Shown in pieces: positions 35,052 through 43,863 of a stretch of DNA of 50,048 bases. Location of the stretch: IMG/VR virus record IMGVR_UViG_3300030330_000961, positions 1-50,048 of that record; one strand, given 5' to 3'. The translations under genes and the position numbers were made by a program. This DNA is from a virus. Taxonomy: Duplodnaviria; Caudoviricetes. The notes beneath the pieces are model-generated. The model saw nothing but the letters and a program-made list of their open reading frames with translations. It did no database searches and was not told the DNA's origin. Each line of letters begins with the position of its first letter. Position 1 is the first letter of the stretch.

Positions 35052-36319
35052 GATTTAAATCGTTTTTCCACAGGAAAAACTATATTCCCTTCTACTTTTA
35101 TATAGCCAGAGTCTTCCATAGCTTTAATAGTTTGCTCTAATTCTCCAGGGTTAGGAACCTTTCTTAACAATTCTCTTTTAAATAACTTAAGAAGCATATG
35201 ACTTCTGCCATTATTAAACAATGTACCATGCAACCAAGTAACCATATCGTGCGCAATACGACCAGTCCTGCCCATACCAAATCCCTCTAAAGCTTTAGGC
35301 ATAGCAGCTTCTGCATCAAACATAATTTCTTTTGTTGTATCCCAATCTTCTTTCATTATCTTTCTGGTGCCCCTCCTTGAAGCAGAGACAGCCATAGCAA
35401 TCTTTATAAAGTGGGATACTCTACGTTGTACATACTCAGACAAATGATTATCAGTAGGCTCTGGTGGTATACCATTATGTATATCTTCTTCTACGTAATC
35501 AAATGCATCTTTATCAAACTGCATAGGCCCATACATCTTAGCAATATCAGATAGATCTTGTACTAAATTATTAACAGTATTATCACTTATTCTTTTTTGC
35601 AAAAGGCTCTGTGGTATGCGATCACCCTCATAATATATGGGCAACATACGAGATAACAAACCTTGTGATCTTGCATCTTCAGGCAGATTATCTACAAATT
35701 GTTCAGGTGTTGCACAAGCTAGCCAATTAAGGCATGGACCTTTAATAACGTATTCACCTGCCGTCTTAGTCTTATGGCTATATTCCATTTTAGAATCCCA
35801 CATATCAGTTAAGAACATCTGTAAATATCTTTCATGCCTGCTCATAAAGGTACCAAACTCTGACGTAACTAAAGTTAAAGACGAATCATAAAACTCATCC
35901 ACCGCTGGGGTTGCAATTCTTAGGTCAAGTCTTGTGACCTTTGTCATATCTACTGCAAGTTTTTCTGGTGTGATTCTATCTTGTATAGAGTACAAAGGAT
36001 ACTTACGCAAACCATACTGGTCTAATCCTGAATTAAAATTCTGATCGTCTTCACTAGTACCCACTGGTGTAGTAAGTCTACTAAACACTCTACTAAAAGG
36101 TAAGATTAAACTAACTGATTTATTTCTGCCAGGAGGGGCAATCAATACTACAAATAAGTTTGAACGTATGTCATAGTTAGCCATAGGATACCACACTCTT
36201 CTACCCATAGCGCCAGCAACTGCACTCAGTGCACTCCATCTAGCAAAAGGCTGAGGTATAGGACTATCCTTTATGGCATCAATACATGCCTCACTAAAAT
36301 CTCTGTAGTTTCTACTCAT
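35042..36319 (-). CDS. DUF3987-like P-loop helicase / replication protein
   Basis: NLFVVLIAPPGRNKS (Walker A-like), TPEKL, SEFGTF, LTDMWD, GLLSR; winged-helix-like C-terminus. Confidence 0.7.
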   Translation of the reverse strand: MSRNYRDFSEACIDAIKDSPIPQPFARWSALSAVAGAMGRRVWYPMANYDIRSNLFVVLIAPPGRNKSVSLILPFSRVFSRLTTPVGTSEDDQNFNSGLDQYGLRKYPLYSIQDRITPEKLAVDMTKVTRLDLRIATPAVDEFYDSSLTLVTSEFGTFMSRHERYLQMFLTDMWDSKMEYSHKTKTAGEYVIKGPCLNWLACATPEQFVDNLPEDARSQGLLSRMLPIYYEGDRIPQSLLQKRISDNTVNNLVQDLSDIAKMYGPMQFDKDAFDYVEEDIHNGIPPEPTDNHLSEYVQRRVSHFIKIAMAVSASRRGTRKIMKEDWDTTKEIMFDAEAAMPKALEGFGMGRTGRIAHDMVTWLHGTLFNNGRSHMLLKLFKRELLRKVPNPGELEQTIKAMEDSGYIKVEGNIVFPVEKRFKSGQ

Positions 36320-36551
36320 CTGATGTAATGTCTATTATATCACCTATTTTTTTAAAATCAATATTTTCTGTAGGTATGTTAACTAGTTTAACCACCTTTG
36401 CCTCAGTCTCTAGCCAGATAGAACCATCTTTTTCTTTATGACTAATCTTACAAGGACCTTCTATTTCTACACCATGACATGGTGTTTTGTTTTTATCTTC
36501 ATAAACAACAAATGGATAATCGCTATTCTTATTGATAGATATTTTTTTCAT
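36312..36551 (-). CDS. hypothetical protein
   Basis: Start reset to MKKISIN after AGGAGG; H.VEIEGP.....W.ETEA.V. Confidence 0.6.
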   Translation of the reverse strand: MKKISINKNSDYPFVVYEDKNKTPCHGVEIEGPCKISHKEKDGSIWLETEAKVVKLVNIPTENIDFKKIGDIIDITSDE

Positions 36552-36574
36552 GTTTACCTCCTGTGTTAAATTCA

Positions 36575-38125
36575 TTATCCTTTGACATATTTTTTCATAT
36601 CCTTCCAGTTGAGTCCTATCTCGCAATCTGATGGTATTATCATTTGTCTACCATTTACTTCAAGAGGATTCTTCATACAATTTAAAATTTTAGGAACAAT
36701 CACGTCAGCTTTATCTTTTGGAAACTGTCCTAGTATGGCATCATGTACTTGTCCTAATATCTCCACATTATCATCTTTAAGTTCATTCCATACTCTGTAT
36801 AAACCAAGGTTAAGCAAATCACCGATGGTGGATTGTGGCACATATGCAATTGCTTTGCGTAAGGTAGTGCCTTCTTCTGTGCGTCCCCAAAACTGTCTGC
36901 GACGACCTAATGGAGTAGTTAACGCACCACTTTCCTTAAGCTGATTAGCAATAGCACTGTGCCACTTTCGGATTCCAGGGAATGCCCCTTCGATACGAAC
37001 GAGAGAGGAAGGGCCTGACCCTAGAACCGTGCCCCCATCAATCAGTTCTTGGAAGCCTCCTTCTCTGTCCTGTTTATGCCATCTCTCAAGAGATGCCAAA
37101 GCAACTACTCCTCCGTAATAAAGTAGTTGAAACCTTGTAGCATGAGATAACTTAATTTTAAGATGTCTGCCCAATGAAGTGGCTGACAATCCATAATTAG
37201 TACCATGCCCTGCTCGCTTACACATATCTCTGTAACTGAAGTGGCCAATGTACGGACGGTCTGCTAACTCTCTGTTTTGCACAGGGTCAGATGACCAGCC
37301 CATATTTGGCCACACCATTTTAACTACTTGTGTGTGTAAGTCTTCTCCTTCGCAAGCATTTATATACCCCTGATCGCCTGCAACGTAAGCAGTTACTCTC
37401 GACTCGGCTTGCTCTAGGTCTGCATAAAATAAAACATTGTCCCCATCAGGTACAAATATTTCACGCATATCTTTTGTGATGTTTTGTAAATTAGTGCCAG
37501 TGCCCCAAGGACTTTCTGAACTAGCCCATCTGCCAGTCTCAGTCCCTGCAACTTTAAAAGAACACCTGACTCTTCCATCACTATCTCGTTTACAATTCAG
37601 TATGTTTAACTGCTTGTCAATATCTCTTAACGCAAGTATAGTTCTGCAGAAAGGTCTAGCTCTAGGATACTCTTGTATTAAATGTTCGAGTGCTTCTTTA
37701 TCTGTAGATACTTTTTGTTTACCCTTTACGTAAGATATAACTGGTGGTAATCCTAGCCACTCATACAAAAAACTTTTAAGTTGTGTAGGACTATTGTGAT
37801 TTAAATCTTTATCCCAGACTGCATTAGCAAACAAGTGTAACATACGCTCAAGCTTAACACGAGATGAGACAAGGGGGGCTTTAAGTTTGCCCACTGCCTT
37901 TTCATCGACCTTTAGTCCACGCAACATCATGTGCATGGCAGGCTTTAACATATCTAACTCAAACTGATATGTTTTCCTATAATCGTGATCGTTCTTACCT
38001 AAATCTTTTTCTATCTTAGTCCATATCTCATGAGTTAATGTACAGTCTAGTCCACAATAAACCCATAAAGTTTGATCTTTAGACAGTGATTTCTGTGAGA
38101 TCTCTGTGTTTTTTATTATTTGCAT
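36575..38125 (-). CDS. polA: family A DNA polymerase, C-terminal part (ExoIII + polymerase domain)
   Basis: YCGLD, TETGRWAS...NLQN, motif A ADLEQAESR, motif B R...KRAGHGTNYG, motif C QVHD. Confidence 0.92.
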   Translation of the reverse strand: MQIIKNTEISQKSLSKDQTLWVYCGLDCTLTHEIWTKIEKDLGKNDHDYRKTYQFELDMLKPAMHMMLRGLKVDEKAVGKLKAPLVSSRVKLERMLHLFANAVWDKDLNHNSPTQLKSFLYEWLGLPPVISYVKGKQKVSTDKEALEHLIQEYPRARPFCRTILALRDIDKQLNILNCKRDSDGRVRCSFKVAGTETGRWASSESPWGTGTNLQNITKDMREIFVPDGDNVLFYADLEQAESRVTAYVAGDQGYINACEGEDLHTQVVKMVWPNMGWSSDPVQNRELADRPYIGHFSYRDMCKRAGHGTNYGLSATSLGRHLKIKLSHATRFQLLYYGGVVALASLERWHKQDREGGFQELIDGGTVLGSGPSSLVRIEGAFPGIRKWHSAIANQLKESGALTTPLGRRRQFWGRTEEGTTLRKAIAYVPQSTIGDLLNLGLYRVWNELKDDNVEILGQVHDAILGQFPKDKADVIVPKILNCMKNPLEVNGRQMIIPSDCEIGLNWKDMKKYVKG

Positions 38126-38360
38126 TTTGTTTCTCCTGTACAAAGGCAATCAACTTTTCAATAAACCATTTAGCTTTTTCTAAATCTTGAATTGGTTTGC
38201 CTTTGTGTTCGTATCTCCATAAATATTTTATAGCGTTGCCCTGCAAGTAAGAAGAAAACTCATTACCCAAACAAGACTTAATAGCATCAATACACTCTAC
38301 TCCACCTTGTTTATAGTGAGGAGGAAAGTTTACTAAATCTTTACTGTCTTCTTCTATCAT
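38079..38360 (-). CDS. DUF3310 family (T7 gp1.7-like nucleotide kinase domain)
   Basis: VN.PPHY..GGVECIDAI...GNAIKYLWRYEHKG...QDLEKA.W. Confidence 0.85.
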   Translation of the reverse strand: MIEEDSKDLVNFPPHYKQGGVECIDAIKSCLGNEFSSYLQGNAIKYLWRYEHKGKPIQDLEKAKWFIEKLIAFVQEKQNANNKKHRDLTEITV

Positions 38361-38628
38361 TTGCTACTCCCATTATATAATAAAATTCATCTCTAGTTTT
38401 ATCAGGATCAAGATAAGCATAATCGCACACTGCATCAAAATCCTGCTTGTCGTTAATCAACCAGTCTTCTGCATCTTTTTTATATCCCATAAATTCTTTA
38501 TCGTTTCCCATATAACTTATGTCTTGTAGTCCTTGATCTAACACTGCTCTCCATAATTCAATCTCGTTGTGTACAGTTATATCTGCATCTTGCAGAGGCT
38601 TTGCCGCAAAATATTGGGGACGTTTCAT
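38341..38628 (-). CDS. conserved phage hypothetical protein
   Basis: E..LWRAV..Q...D...A..W......F..VC..A..DP. Confidence 0.7.
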   Translation of the reverse strand: MKRPQYFAAKPLQDADITVHNEIELWRAVLDQGLQDISYMGNDKEFMGYKKDAEDWLINDKQDFDAVCDYAYLDPDKTRDEFYYIMGVANDRRRQ

Positions 38629-39711
38629 CTATGCCTCTGCTTTCGTACTCTTTGAAAAATTTGTTAGATTTTTCCATGCTCCCTCGTTCGTGTAAATAGA
38701 TCCTAGATAGCCTAAACTTTTTTCTAGTTCGGGTTGTAGTACATGTTGTGCGTGCATGGTATCATGAACCACTCCCTTAACTTCTATGCCATACATGTGT
38801 CGCAACCATGATATGTCATACGTTTGATTTTGAGCAACCTTAGTTATGTCAGGATTGCTTAATATATCTCCCACTAATTTCCATACTGCTAACTCAGTAT
38901 GATAATTATAAAAATCTTTTCCGTCTTCTTTCTTAAAAGGAATAACCATTGCTTTGGCTTTGTGTGGGGCAAACCCTATGCAAGTTATCTCATCATTTGC
39001 AGTCTCAATATCAAACGATAGAGGACTGTATGATGCATTCATTTTTTCACAATAAGATAAAAATTGTTTTACTTCTTCGTATGTAGGCTCGATACATATT
39101 TTTCTTTCTATAAAATCTAGCTTATCTATATTGGTAGCCTTCTTTAAATCAGATAGAACAGTCGGCCTAAATGAGTAATTCTTTAATACAGCAACTGGAC
39201 TATAAGTAGGCATTACTTTATATTTATTATTAATTGTTTCAATAAACGAACCACGATAAGAACCTACCTTATCTAAACCACATAGTGCCCACAAAGCTAT
39301 GCCTCCCATAGCTATAATAATTTTAGGGTTATATTCTTCTATCTCATTCCATAATCTTTTTATATCTTGTTCATATTCTTGTTTTAAATATCCGTATTGT
39401 GTAGGAGCAAAGTTCGATCTCCATTCTGTTTCTTTCTTAATATTTTTGTACTCACTTCTCTTGTAAAAGAAACTTTGTAGATTATCTTGTGCAGGCTTTA
39501 ATTGGATTGCATGAGTGAGCATTGCGCTGCTAACATCAATGCCAGCAAATTTAAACATCGGATCTAACACCATCTGTGTAGACCCTACATTAATCTTACC
39601 AAGCCGAGCTTCAGTCGTCGTAGGACAATCCATAATTATGGCAAATGAATTCCCAGACTCAGGAAGCTGAGACTTGATTCGATTATGTACCGCAAACTCA
39701 CTCATGTACAA
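38629..39711 (-). CDS. DNA polymerase N-terminal part: degenerate uracil-DNA-glycosylase-like domain + 3'-5' exonuclease motifs I/II
   Basis: PKIIIAMGGIAL...RG...PTYSP...L (UDG family 4-like), then SFDIET, QN.TYD..WL, HDTM. Confidence 0.8.
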   Translation of the reverse strand: MYMSEFAVHNRIKSQLPESGNSFAIIMDCPTTTEARLGKINVGSTQMVLDPMFKFAGIDVSSAMLTHAIQLKPAQDNLQSFFYKRSEYKNIKKETEWRSNFAPTQYGYLKQEYEQDIKRLWNEIEEYNPKIIIAMGGIALWALCGLDKVGSYRGSFIETINNKYKVMPTYSPVAVLKNYSFRPTVLSDLKKATNIDKLDFIERKICIEPTYEEVKQFLSYCEKMNASYSPLSFDIETANDEITCIGFAPHKAKAMVIPFKKEDGKDFYNYHTELAVWKLVGDILSNPDITKVAQNQTYDISWLRHMYGIEVKGVVHDTMHAQHVLQPELEKSLGYLGSIYTNEGAWKNLTNFSKSTKAEA

Positions 39712-39713
39712 AC

Positions 39714-40154
39714 TTACTTGTTAATAATTCGTTTAACAGAAGCTTGTAATATGTCTTTGTTCTTGCCAACCATTTCGTGCTTGACTACACCAGAAAAATT
39801 CTGGCCAATAGCTTGCTCTAATAGTTCGCCAAAAGACTGATCTTCATCCATGCTTAGAGTATCTGTTAGGAAACTCTTAAGCGAAAGCGCAGGGTTCTTT
39901 TGCTTCATAGCATTGGGCGTTGCCCAGAACTCCATGCGAGTTGGCTCTGCGTTGGACAGATCTGATTCATCTAAGTCTGACTGAATCACACCTGTTGCCT
40001 TCACATTCACCTTTACAAGTGGTGTTTGATTCTCTCCCACTCGATCAGAACGATAGCTTGTGATCGTAAAATCATAACTACCTTCTGGTAAAACCACAGA
40101 TTGTGGTATCTCTGTTGGTGACATACTTAAGAAGTCACTTACATCTTGTGTCAT
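39714..40154 (-). CDS. putative single-stranded DNA-binding protein
   Basis: LPEG.Y...I; OB-like strand pattern; follows the Sak4-like ATPase; start reset after GGAGG. Confidence 0.55.
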   Translation of the reverse strand: MTQDVSDFLSMSPTEIPQSVVLPEGSYDFTITSYRSDRVGENQTPLVKVNVKATGVIQSDLDESDLSNAEPTRMEFWATPNAMKQKNPALSLKSFLTDTLSMDEDQSFGELLEQAIGQNFSGVVKHEMVGKNKDILQASVKRIINK

Positions 40155-40167
40155 GGTATATACCTCC

Positions 40168-40953
40168 CTATTTAATTGACAACTTCTTCTTTGAGTTACT
40201 TTGGATTGCATCGAATAACTTAGCTAAATCTAACTCAGCATTCGGCTCTATAGCATTTAGAGTCGGTACTTTTAGATCCATCTTATGATCCGATACAGTC
40301 CTCAGTGTTCTCTCTGTGCCTTTGCTAGAACTTTTAGTGTCCACTCTACAAACACAGTTAAAGTATCGACCCAATTTTGTAGATAGCTTTGAGCCAACAC
40401 TAGTTGGGTATGATTTGCTAATACCCAAATCTCCTTCCATGTACTGCATGTGAGTTGTTACCACAACATTACACGGAACTTCTGAACCAGTTATATACTG
40501 GATAATATACTGCACATCTCGTGCCGCAGTTCCCCACTCTGGTTGAGTAGGTTGCTCAGTTGGTTTCTTGTTATTAAATACAAGTGCCCCTCTGAGAGCC
40601 GCCTCACCCATCAGTGTCAGACTATCAATAACTAACACGTCATCTTTAGTCCAAGTTTTTACTGATCCAAAATCTTCATCTCCATCTTTCCAATTAGAAA
40701 TTAAGTTTACACCTTTTCTAAATGCATCAGCTTTTCCAATGGAGTCTTTTAAAGTAACATACGAAACTCTCTTAACTGCTTCTGGTGTAAGCAAGTCTGG
40801 TAATATATCTAAACCATCATCGTAGTCTAAGATACGTAGGTTCTTTCCTGCATTTGCTAGTGCCGCCAATGCAGATGTTTTACCAGACCCACTGTCCCCA
40901 ACTAATAAAAGTTTAGTAACATCTGCTGATATATGTTTTGATATGTTTGCCAT
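40168..40953 (-). CDS. AAA_24 / Sak4-like ATPase
   Basis: KLLLVGDSGSGKT, ILDYDDG, LVIDSLT, NVVVTTH. Confidence 0.8.
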   Translation of the reverse strand: MANISKHISADVTKLLLVGDSGSGKTSALAALANAGKNLRILDYDDGLDILPDLLTPEAVKRVSYVTLKDSIGKADAFRKGVNLISNWKDGDEDFGSVKTWTKDDVLVIDSLTLMGEAALRGALVFNNKKPTEQPTQPEWGTAARDVQYIIQYITGSEVPCNVVVTTHMQYMEGDLGISKSYPTSVGSKLSTKLGRYFNCVCRVDTKSSSKGTERTLRTVSDHKMDLKVPTLNAIEPNAELDLAKLFDAIQSNSKKKLSIK

Positions 40954-40974
40954 TTATATCTCCTCTCAATTTGT

Positions 40975-41003
40975 ATTATATCAAAATAAATTTAATCCGT
41001 CAA
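40975..41003 (-). promoter_or_regulatory. sigma70-type promoter for the replication operon
   Basis: TTGACG-17 nt-TATAAT with extended TGn. Confidence 0.7.
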
Positions 41004-41255
41004 TCATAATTTAATAGAAGAATACTTTTTTAATTTAAACAAACGCTTGAGTTTTTGCTCTTGCATGATGTCTTCATTTAAAAGATCTCGTGAACGAAGT
41101 AAAGATATCATCACTTCTACATCGGCGACCTCTTCGGATAATTTAATTAATTTATCTTTTCTTAATCCAGTACGATAACATTTTGATAATTCTTGTATCA
41201 ATTCGCCACATTCCTCCATAGTAATAATTAATATATCTACTATATCCTGATTCAT
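41004..41255 (-). CDS. MazG-like nucleotide pyrophosphohydrolase
   Basis: EECGELIQELSK...EEVADV (ExxE...ExxD). Confidence 0.8.
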   Translation of the reverse strand: MNQDIVDILIITMEECGELIQELSKCYRTGLRKDKLIKLSEEVADVEVMISLLRSRDLLNEDIMQEQKLKRLFKLKKYSSIKL

Positions 41256-42256
41256 TCTGTTTCAGGTGTCCATTCTATTTCAAATTCAGGTTGTAACTCC
41301 ACTACATTATCTTTGCGCAAGTCTTCGTGTACTTCACGATCAAATAATTCATCAATCACCATACCTCTATGATCTGGTGACTCATTGCAAATTTCTCTGT
41401 ATTTGCAACCTCCATAATTACCGCAAGCAGTAAAGTCAGCAGGATAATAGTTTTTATCCGCATAGATTTTTGCCATAGACAGTTTGTGTATTGTATCTCC
41501 ATACCATTCATCTATAATTGGAGCAGGAACTTTAAATACTGCACGATTAAACCTGCAAAAGTTTACACCAGTTTGTACTGCGTCAATAATAAAACCAACT
41601 ATCGGCAAGCCCATAATATTTTTTGCTGCCCACAAATATGCATAGATTTGATTATTGGGGGCAAAGCCATTGAAGTAATAATCACTTAAACTAGCCTTAG
41701 TTGTTTTTGTGTCTACTAAATATAACTCACCATCTAGCTCAGCTACTTTATCAATGCGACCAGAAAATCTTAAACCGCCGTCAGATATAGGCACTTCAAA
41801 TCTTTGTTCTAATGCAGGAGTACCATCAGGCATGGTTGCGATTTTAATAGAATCTTCCCAGTATTCTTCTGCTCTCCAAACAATAGCACGCAAAGCTGCC
41901 TCAAGATTTCTAGCTTTGTCATCAGATTTATTTAACTCTTCGCCATGCTCTATCAATACAATTTTAATAGCTTCAGTAACAGCTTGATCTTTTGTGCGCC
42001 CCATAAATCTAGCCAAGTCAAGTTGCTCGTACCCATCATGAACCGCAGACCCAAAGCCTGTAGCAGTAGAGTATACTTTAGATTTATAACCTAACAAATT
42101 TTGATAGTTATAGTAACGGGGGCACGAACTAAATGCTGAAAGACTAGACGTATCCCATATCATTTGTTTGGCATTGCCTCCTTCTAGCCACACATACTTT
42201 GGAAACTTTGGTGCTTCTATATATCCTATACCGCTATCCAATTTTATTACCTCCAT
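41252..42256 (-). CDS. PD-(D/E)XK exonuclease (Cas4/AddB-like, possible Fe-S cluster)
   Basis: CPR..Y, G.AVH, E..F...GRIDK....LVDTKT, Q...Y, C....GC.Y..IC. Confidence 0.85.
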   Translation of the reverse strand: MEVIKLDSGIGYIEAPKFPKYVWLEGGNAKQMIWDTSSLSAFSSCPRYYNYQNLLGYKSKVYSTATGFGSAVHDGYEQLDLARFMGRTKDQAVTEAIKIVLIEHGEELNKSDDKARNLEAALRAIVWRAEEYWEDSIKIATMPDGTPALEQRFEVPISDGGLRFSGRIDKVAELDGELYLVDTKTTKASLSDYYFNGFAPNNQIYAYLWAAKNIMGLPIVGFIIDAVQTGVNFCRFNRAVFKVPAPIIDEWYGDTIHKLSMAKIYADKNYYPADFTACGNYGGCKYREICNESPDHRGMVIDELFDREVHEDLRKDNVVELQPEFEIEWTPETE

Positions 42257-42265
42257 TAATAATTA

Positions 42266-42412
42266 TCATCTCTTCTTACCTTGTCCTTTGTATCTTTTAT
42301 AATTACGTCGCTTGTGTTTATTCTTAGGCTTGCTTCTTATACTATTGCCTATGCTAGTTCGCTTTTTTGGTCCTGGTTCATGGGACGAATACGATTTCCA
42401 TTTCTTTGCCAT
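42266..42412 (-). CDS. 48-aa Arg/Lys-rich protein (not in ORF track)
   Basis: MAKKWKSYSSHEPGPKKRTSIGNSIRSKPKNKHKRRNYKRYKGQGKKR; fills the gap in the operon. Confidence 0.6.
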   Translation of the reverse strand: MAKKWKSYSSHEPGPKKRTSIGNSIRSKPKNKHKRRNYKRYKGQGKKR

Positions 42413-42413
42413 A

Positions 42414-42644
42414 TCATGTATCCTTTAATAAAACCGACAACGGATCTCCGTCAAATTGTTTTGGTTTTGTGGTCGCTGCTTTGGCAGTAATTCTTTTACC
42501 TGCTTTCTCTGCAGCTCTTATATTTTCTCTAGTGCTACGTAAGTATGCTATTATTTTTTGTATACCAGCCTCGTTTTCGGATAGTTCTTTGGGATCCATC
42601 TCCAAGTATTCGCTGGGTATTTCAATGCGTTCTTCTTCACTCAT
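42414..42644 (-). CDS. hypothetical protein
   Basis: GGAG RBS, ATGA overlap. Confidence 0.65.
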   Translation of the reverse strand: MSEEERIEIPSEYLEMDPKELSENEAGIQKIIAYLRSTRENIRAAEKAGKRITAKAATTKPKQFDGDPLSVLLKDT

Positions 42645-42859
42645 TTTACTTGTTCCTCCACAGAGAGTAACTGTATATCTGGTACAGTTATAAGTTCTTT
42701 TGTTGCATCTGGGTGTAGATACTGCATATCTTTATGTGACCACTTAAAATTCTCAGATAGTTCTAAACCTTTTCTTGTCGCCTCATCTTTATCATATGCC
42801 TCAACTTCCCAATGTGTTGTATTCATATGTGTGAACACTACTTTATATTTGTTTTTCAT
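42641..42859 (-). CDS. hypothetical protein
   Basis: GGAGG RBS; VEA....EA pattern common in small phage early proteins. Confidence 0.6.
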   Translation of the reverse strand: MKNKYKVVFTHMNTTHWEVEAYDKDEATRKGLELSENFKWSHKDMQYLHPDATKELITVPDIQLLSVEEQVK

Positions 42860-42867
42860 ACGCCCTC

Positions 42868-43200
42868 CTAGTGTATTGTCTCATCTTGTGGTACAATATT
42901 TAAATTACTAAATTGTTTAAAGTTTAAAGGATCAGTGGATTGACCAGCAGCAATCATAGCATCTACTAGTGGACCCATAGTGGATACATTACTAACGCAC
43001 CCTGCAAATATTTTAAGAACACCTGCTGATCCTGATGCTAATAAAAACATACGCAACGAAACTTCTAACATAGAAGCCATGACTACACTTGGTTGATATT
43101 TTTCACACAATTCTTTTATAGGCACGTCCATAGCTTGTATGCATTCTTCTAACTCATCTACGTATTCTTGCATTTCAGTTTTTAATTTCTTCTTTTTCAT
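42868..43200 (-). CDS. hypothetical protein
   Basis: Packed in the operon; ends in TIH. Confidence 0.6.
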   Translation of the reverse strand: MKKKKLKTEMQEYVDELEECIQAMDVPIKELCEKYQPSVVMASMLEVSLRMFLLASGSAGVLKIFAGCVSNVSTMGPLVDAMIAAGQSTDPLNFKQFSNLNIVPQDETIH

Positions 43201-43381
43201 CTAAAGTCCTTTCAATTCTAAAGTTTACAGCATGTAAAGACCTTTTAGATTTCTTCAAGTAATCTTTGTCTAGCTTATTCAATTTATCTCTGACTGTACG
43301 CAACTCATCTAAGTTGGTTGTAGTCACGATTATATTACGATTTCGATCGCTCGTCAAGTAATATTCTCTTTTTGTGTTCAT
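43175..43381 (-). CDS. hypothetical protein
   Basis: GGAGG RBS, ATGA overlap. Confidence 0.55.
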   Translation of the reverse strand: MNTKREYYLTSDRNRNIIVTTTNLDELRTVRDKLNKLDKDYLKKSKRSLHAVNFRIERTLDEKEEIKN

Positions 43382-43695
43382 TCAATTTTACCTCCAGTTA
43401 CTTCATCAAACAATTGTAGTTGTTCCACTTCTAAAGCATGTGTAATTTTTATTTGTTTATCATCATGAGTTATCATAAGTGTATCGTACTTGCGTTCGTC
43501 CACATCTTCTACATTCTTCATCTGTTCTTTGAATGCTTTTATGTATCGACCAAACCTCATAGCTAAACTAAAAGGCTTGTCGCTTTTTATAATAACCGAC
43601 GATTCATTCTCTGTCAAATATCTCTCAGCTTTTTCGAGTGCGTTTGATATATCTGTCTGTCGGTATAGATTGTATGTTTTTGGATTGTACGCCAT
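43378..43695 (-). CDS. hypothetical protein
   Basis: Start reset to MAYNPK after AGGAG. Confidence 0.6.
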   Translation of the reverse strand: MAYNPKTYNLYRQTDISNALEKAERYLTENESSVIIKSDKPFSLAMRFGRYIKAFKEQMKNVEDVDERKYDTLMITHDDKQIKITHALEVEQLQLFDEVTGGKIE

Positions 43696-43861
43696 ATGCT
43701 TGCTCCTGTTGATATTCGTAATCATCTAAATCGTCTGCCACATATCGGCCAGATGTATCGTTATAGATGTCTTCAAGTGTTCCTGTTAATTCATCAAATC
43801 CTTCAACTAGTAATTCGTTTTCTGGGTAGTGATGTTTTTTTGGTCTTTTATTATTAGCCAT
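43625..43861 (-). CDS. acidic hypothetical protein
   Basis: Start reset to MANNKR after AAGGAG. Confidence 0.5.
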   Translation of the reverse strand: MANNKRPKKHHYPENELLVEGFDELTGTLEDIYNDTSGRYVADDLDDYEYQQEQAYGVQSKNIQSIPTDRYIKRTRKS

Positions 43862-43863
43862 AA

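Noticed and set aside
36983-37114. Intein or intron in the polymerase
   Set aside because: In frame, only 44 aa, and no Cys/Ser start or His-Asn end.
38126-38628. Group I intron with a homing endonuclease splitting polA
   Set aside because: The gap is filled by two ordinary ORFs with no HNH, GIY-YIG or LAGLIDADG motif, and there is no room for a ribozyme core.
33076-41255. Z-base (2-aminoadenine) or other hypermodified-DNA pathway suggested by MazG, DUF3310 and the odd polymerase
   Set aside because: No purZ, HD dATPase, thymidylate-synthase-like or glycosyltransferase gene was recognised in the window. It cannot be excluded for the unseen part of the genome.
41252-42256. CRISPR-associated Cas4
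   Set aside because: No array or other cas genes; the context (Sak4-like ATPase, SSB) points to a recombination exonuclease.
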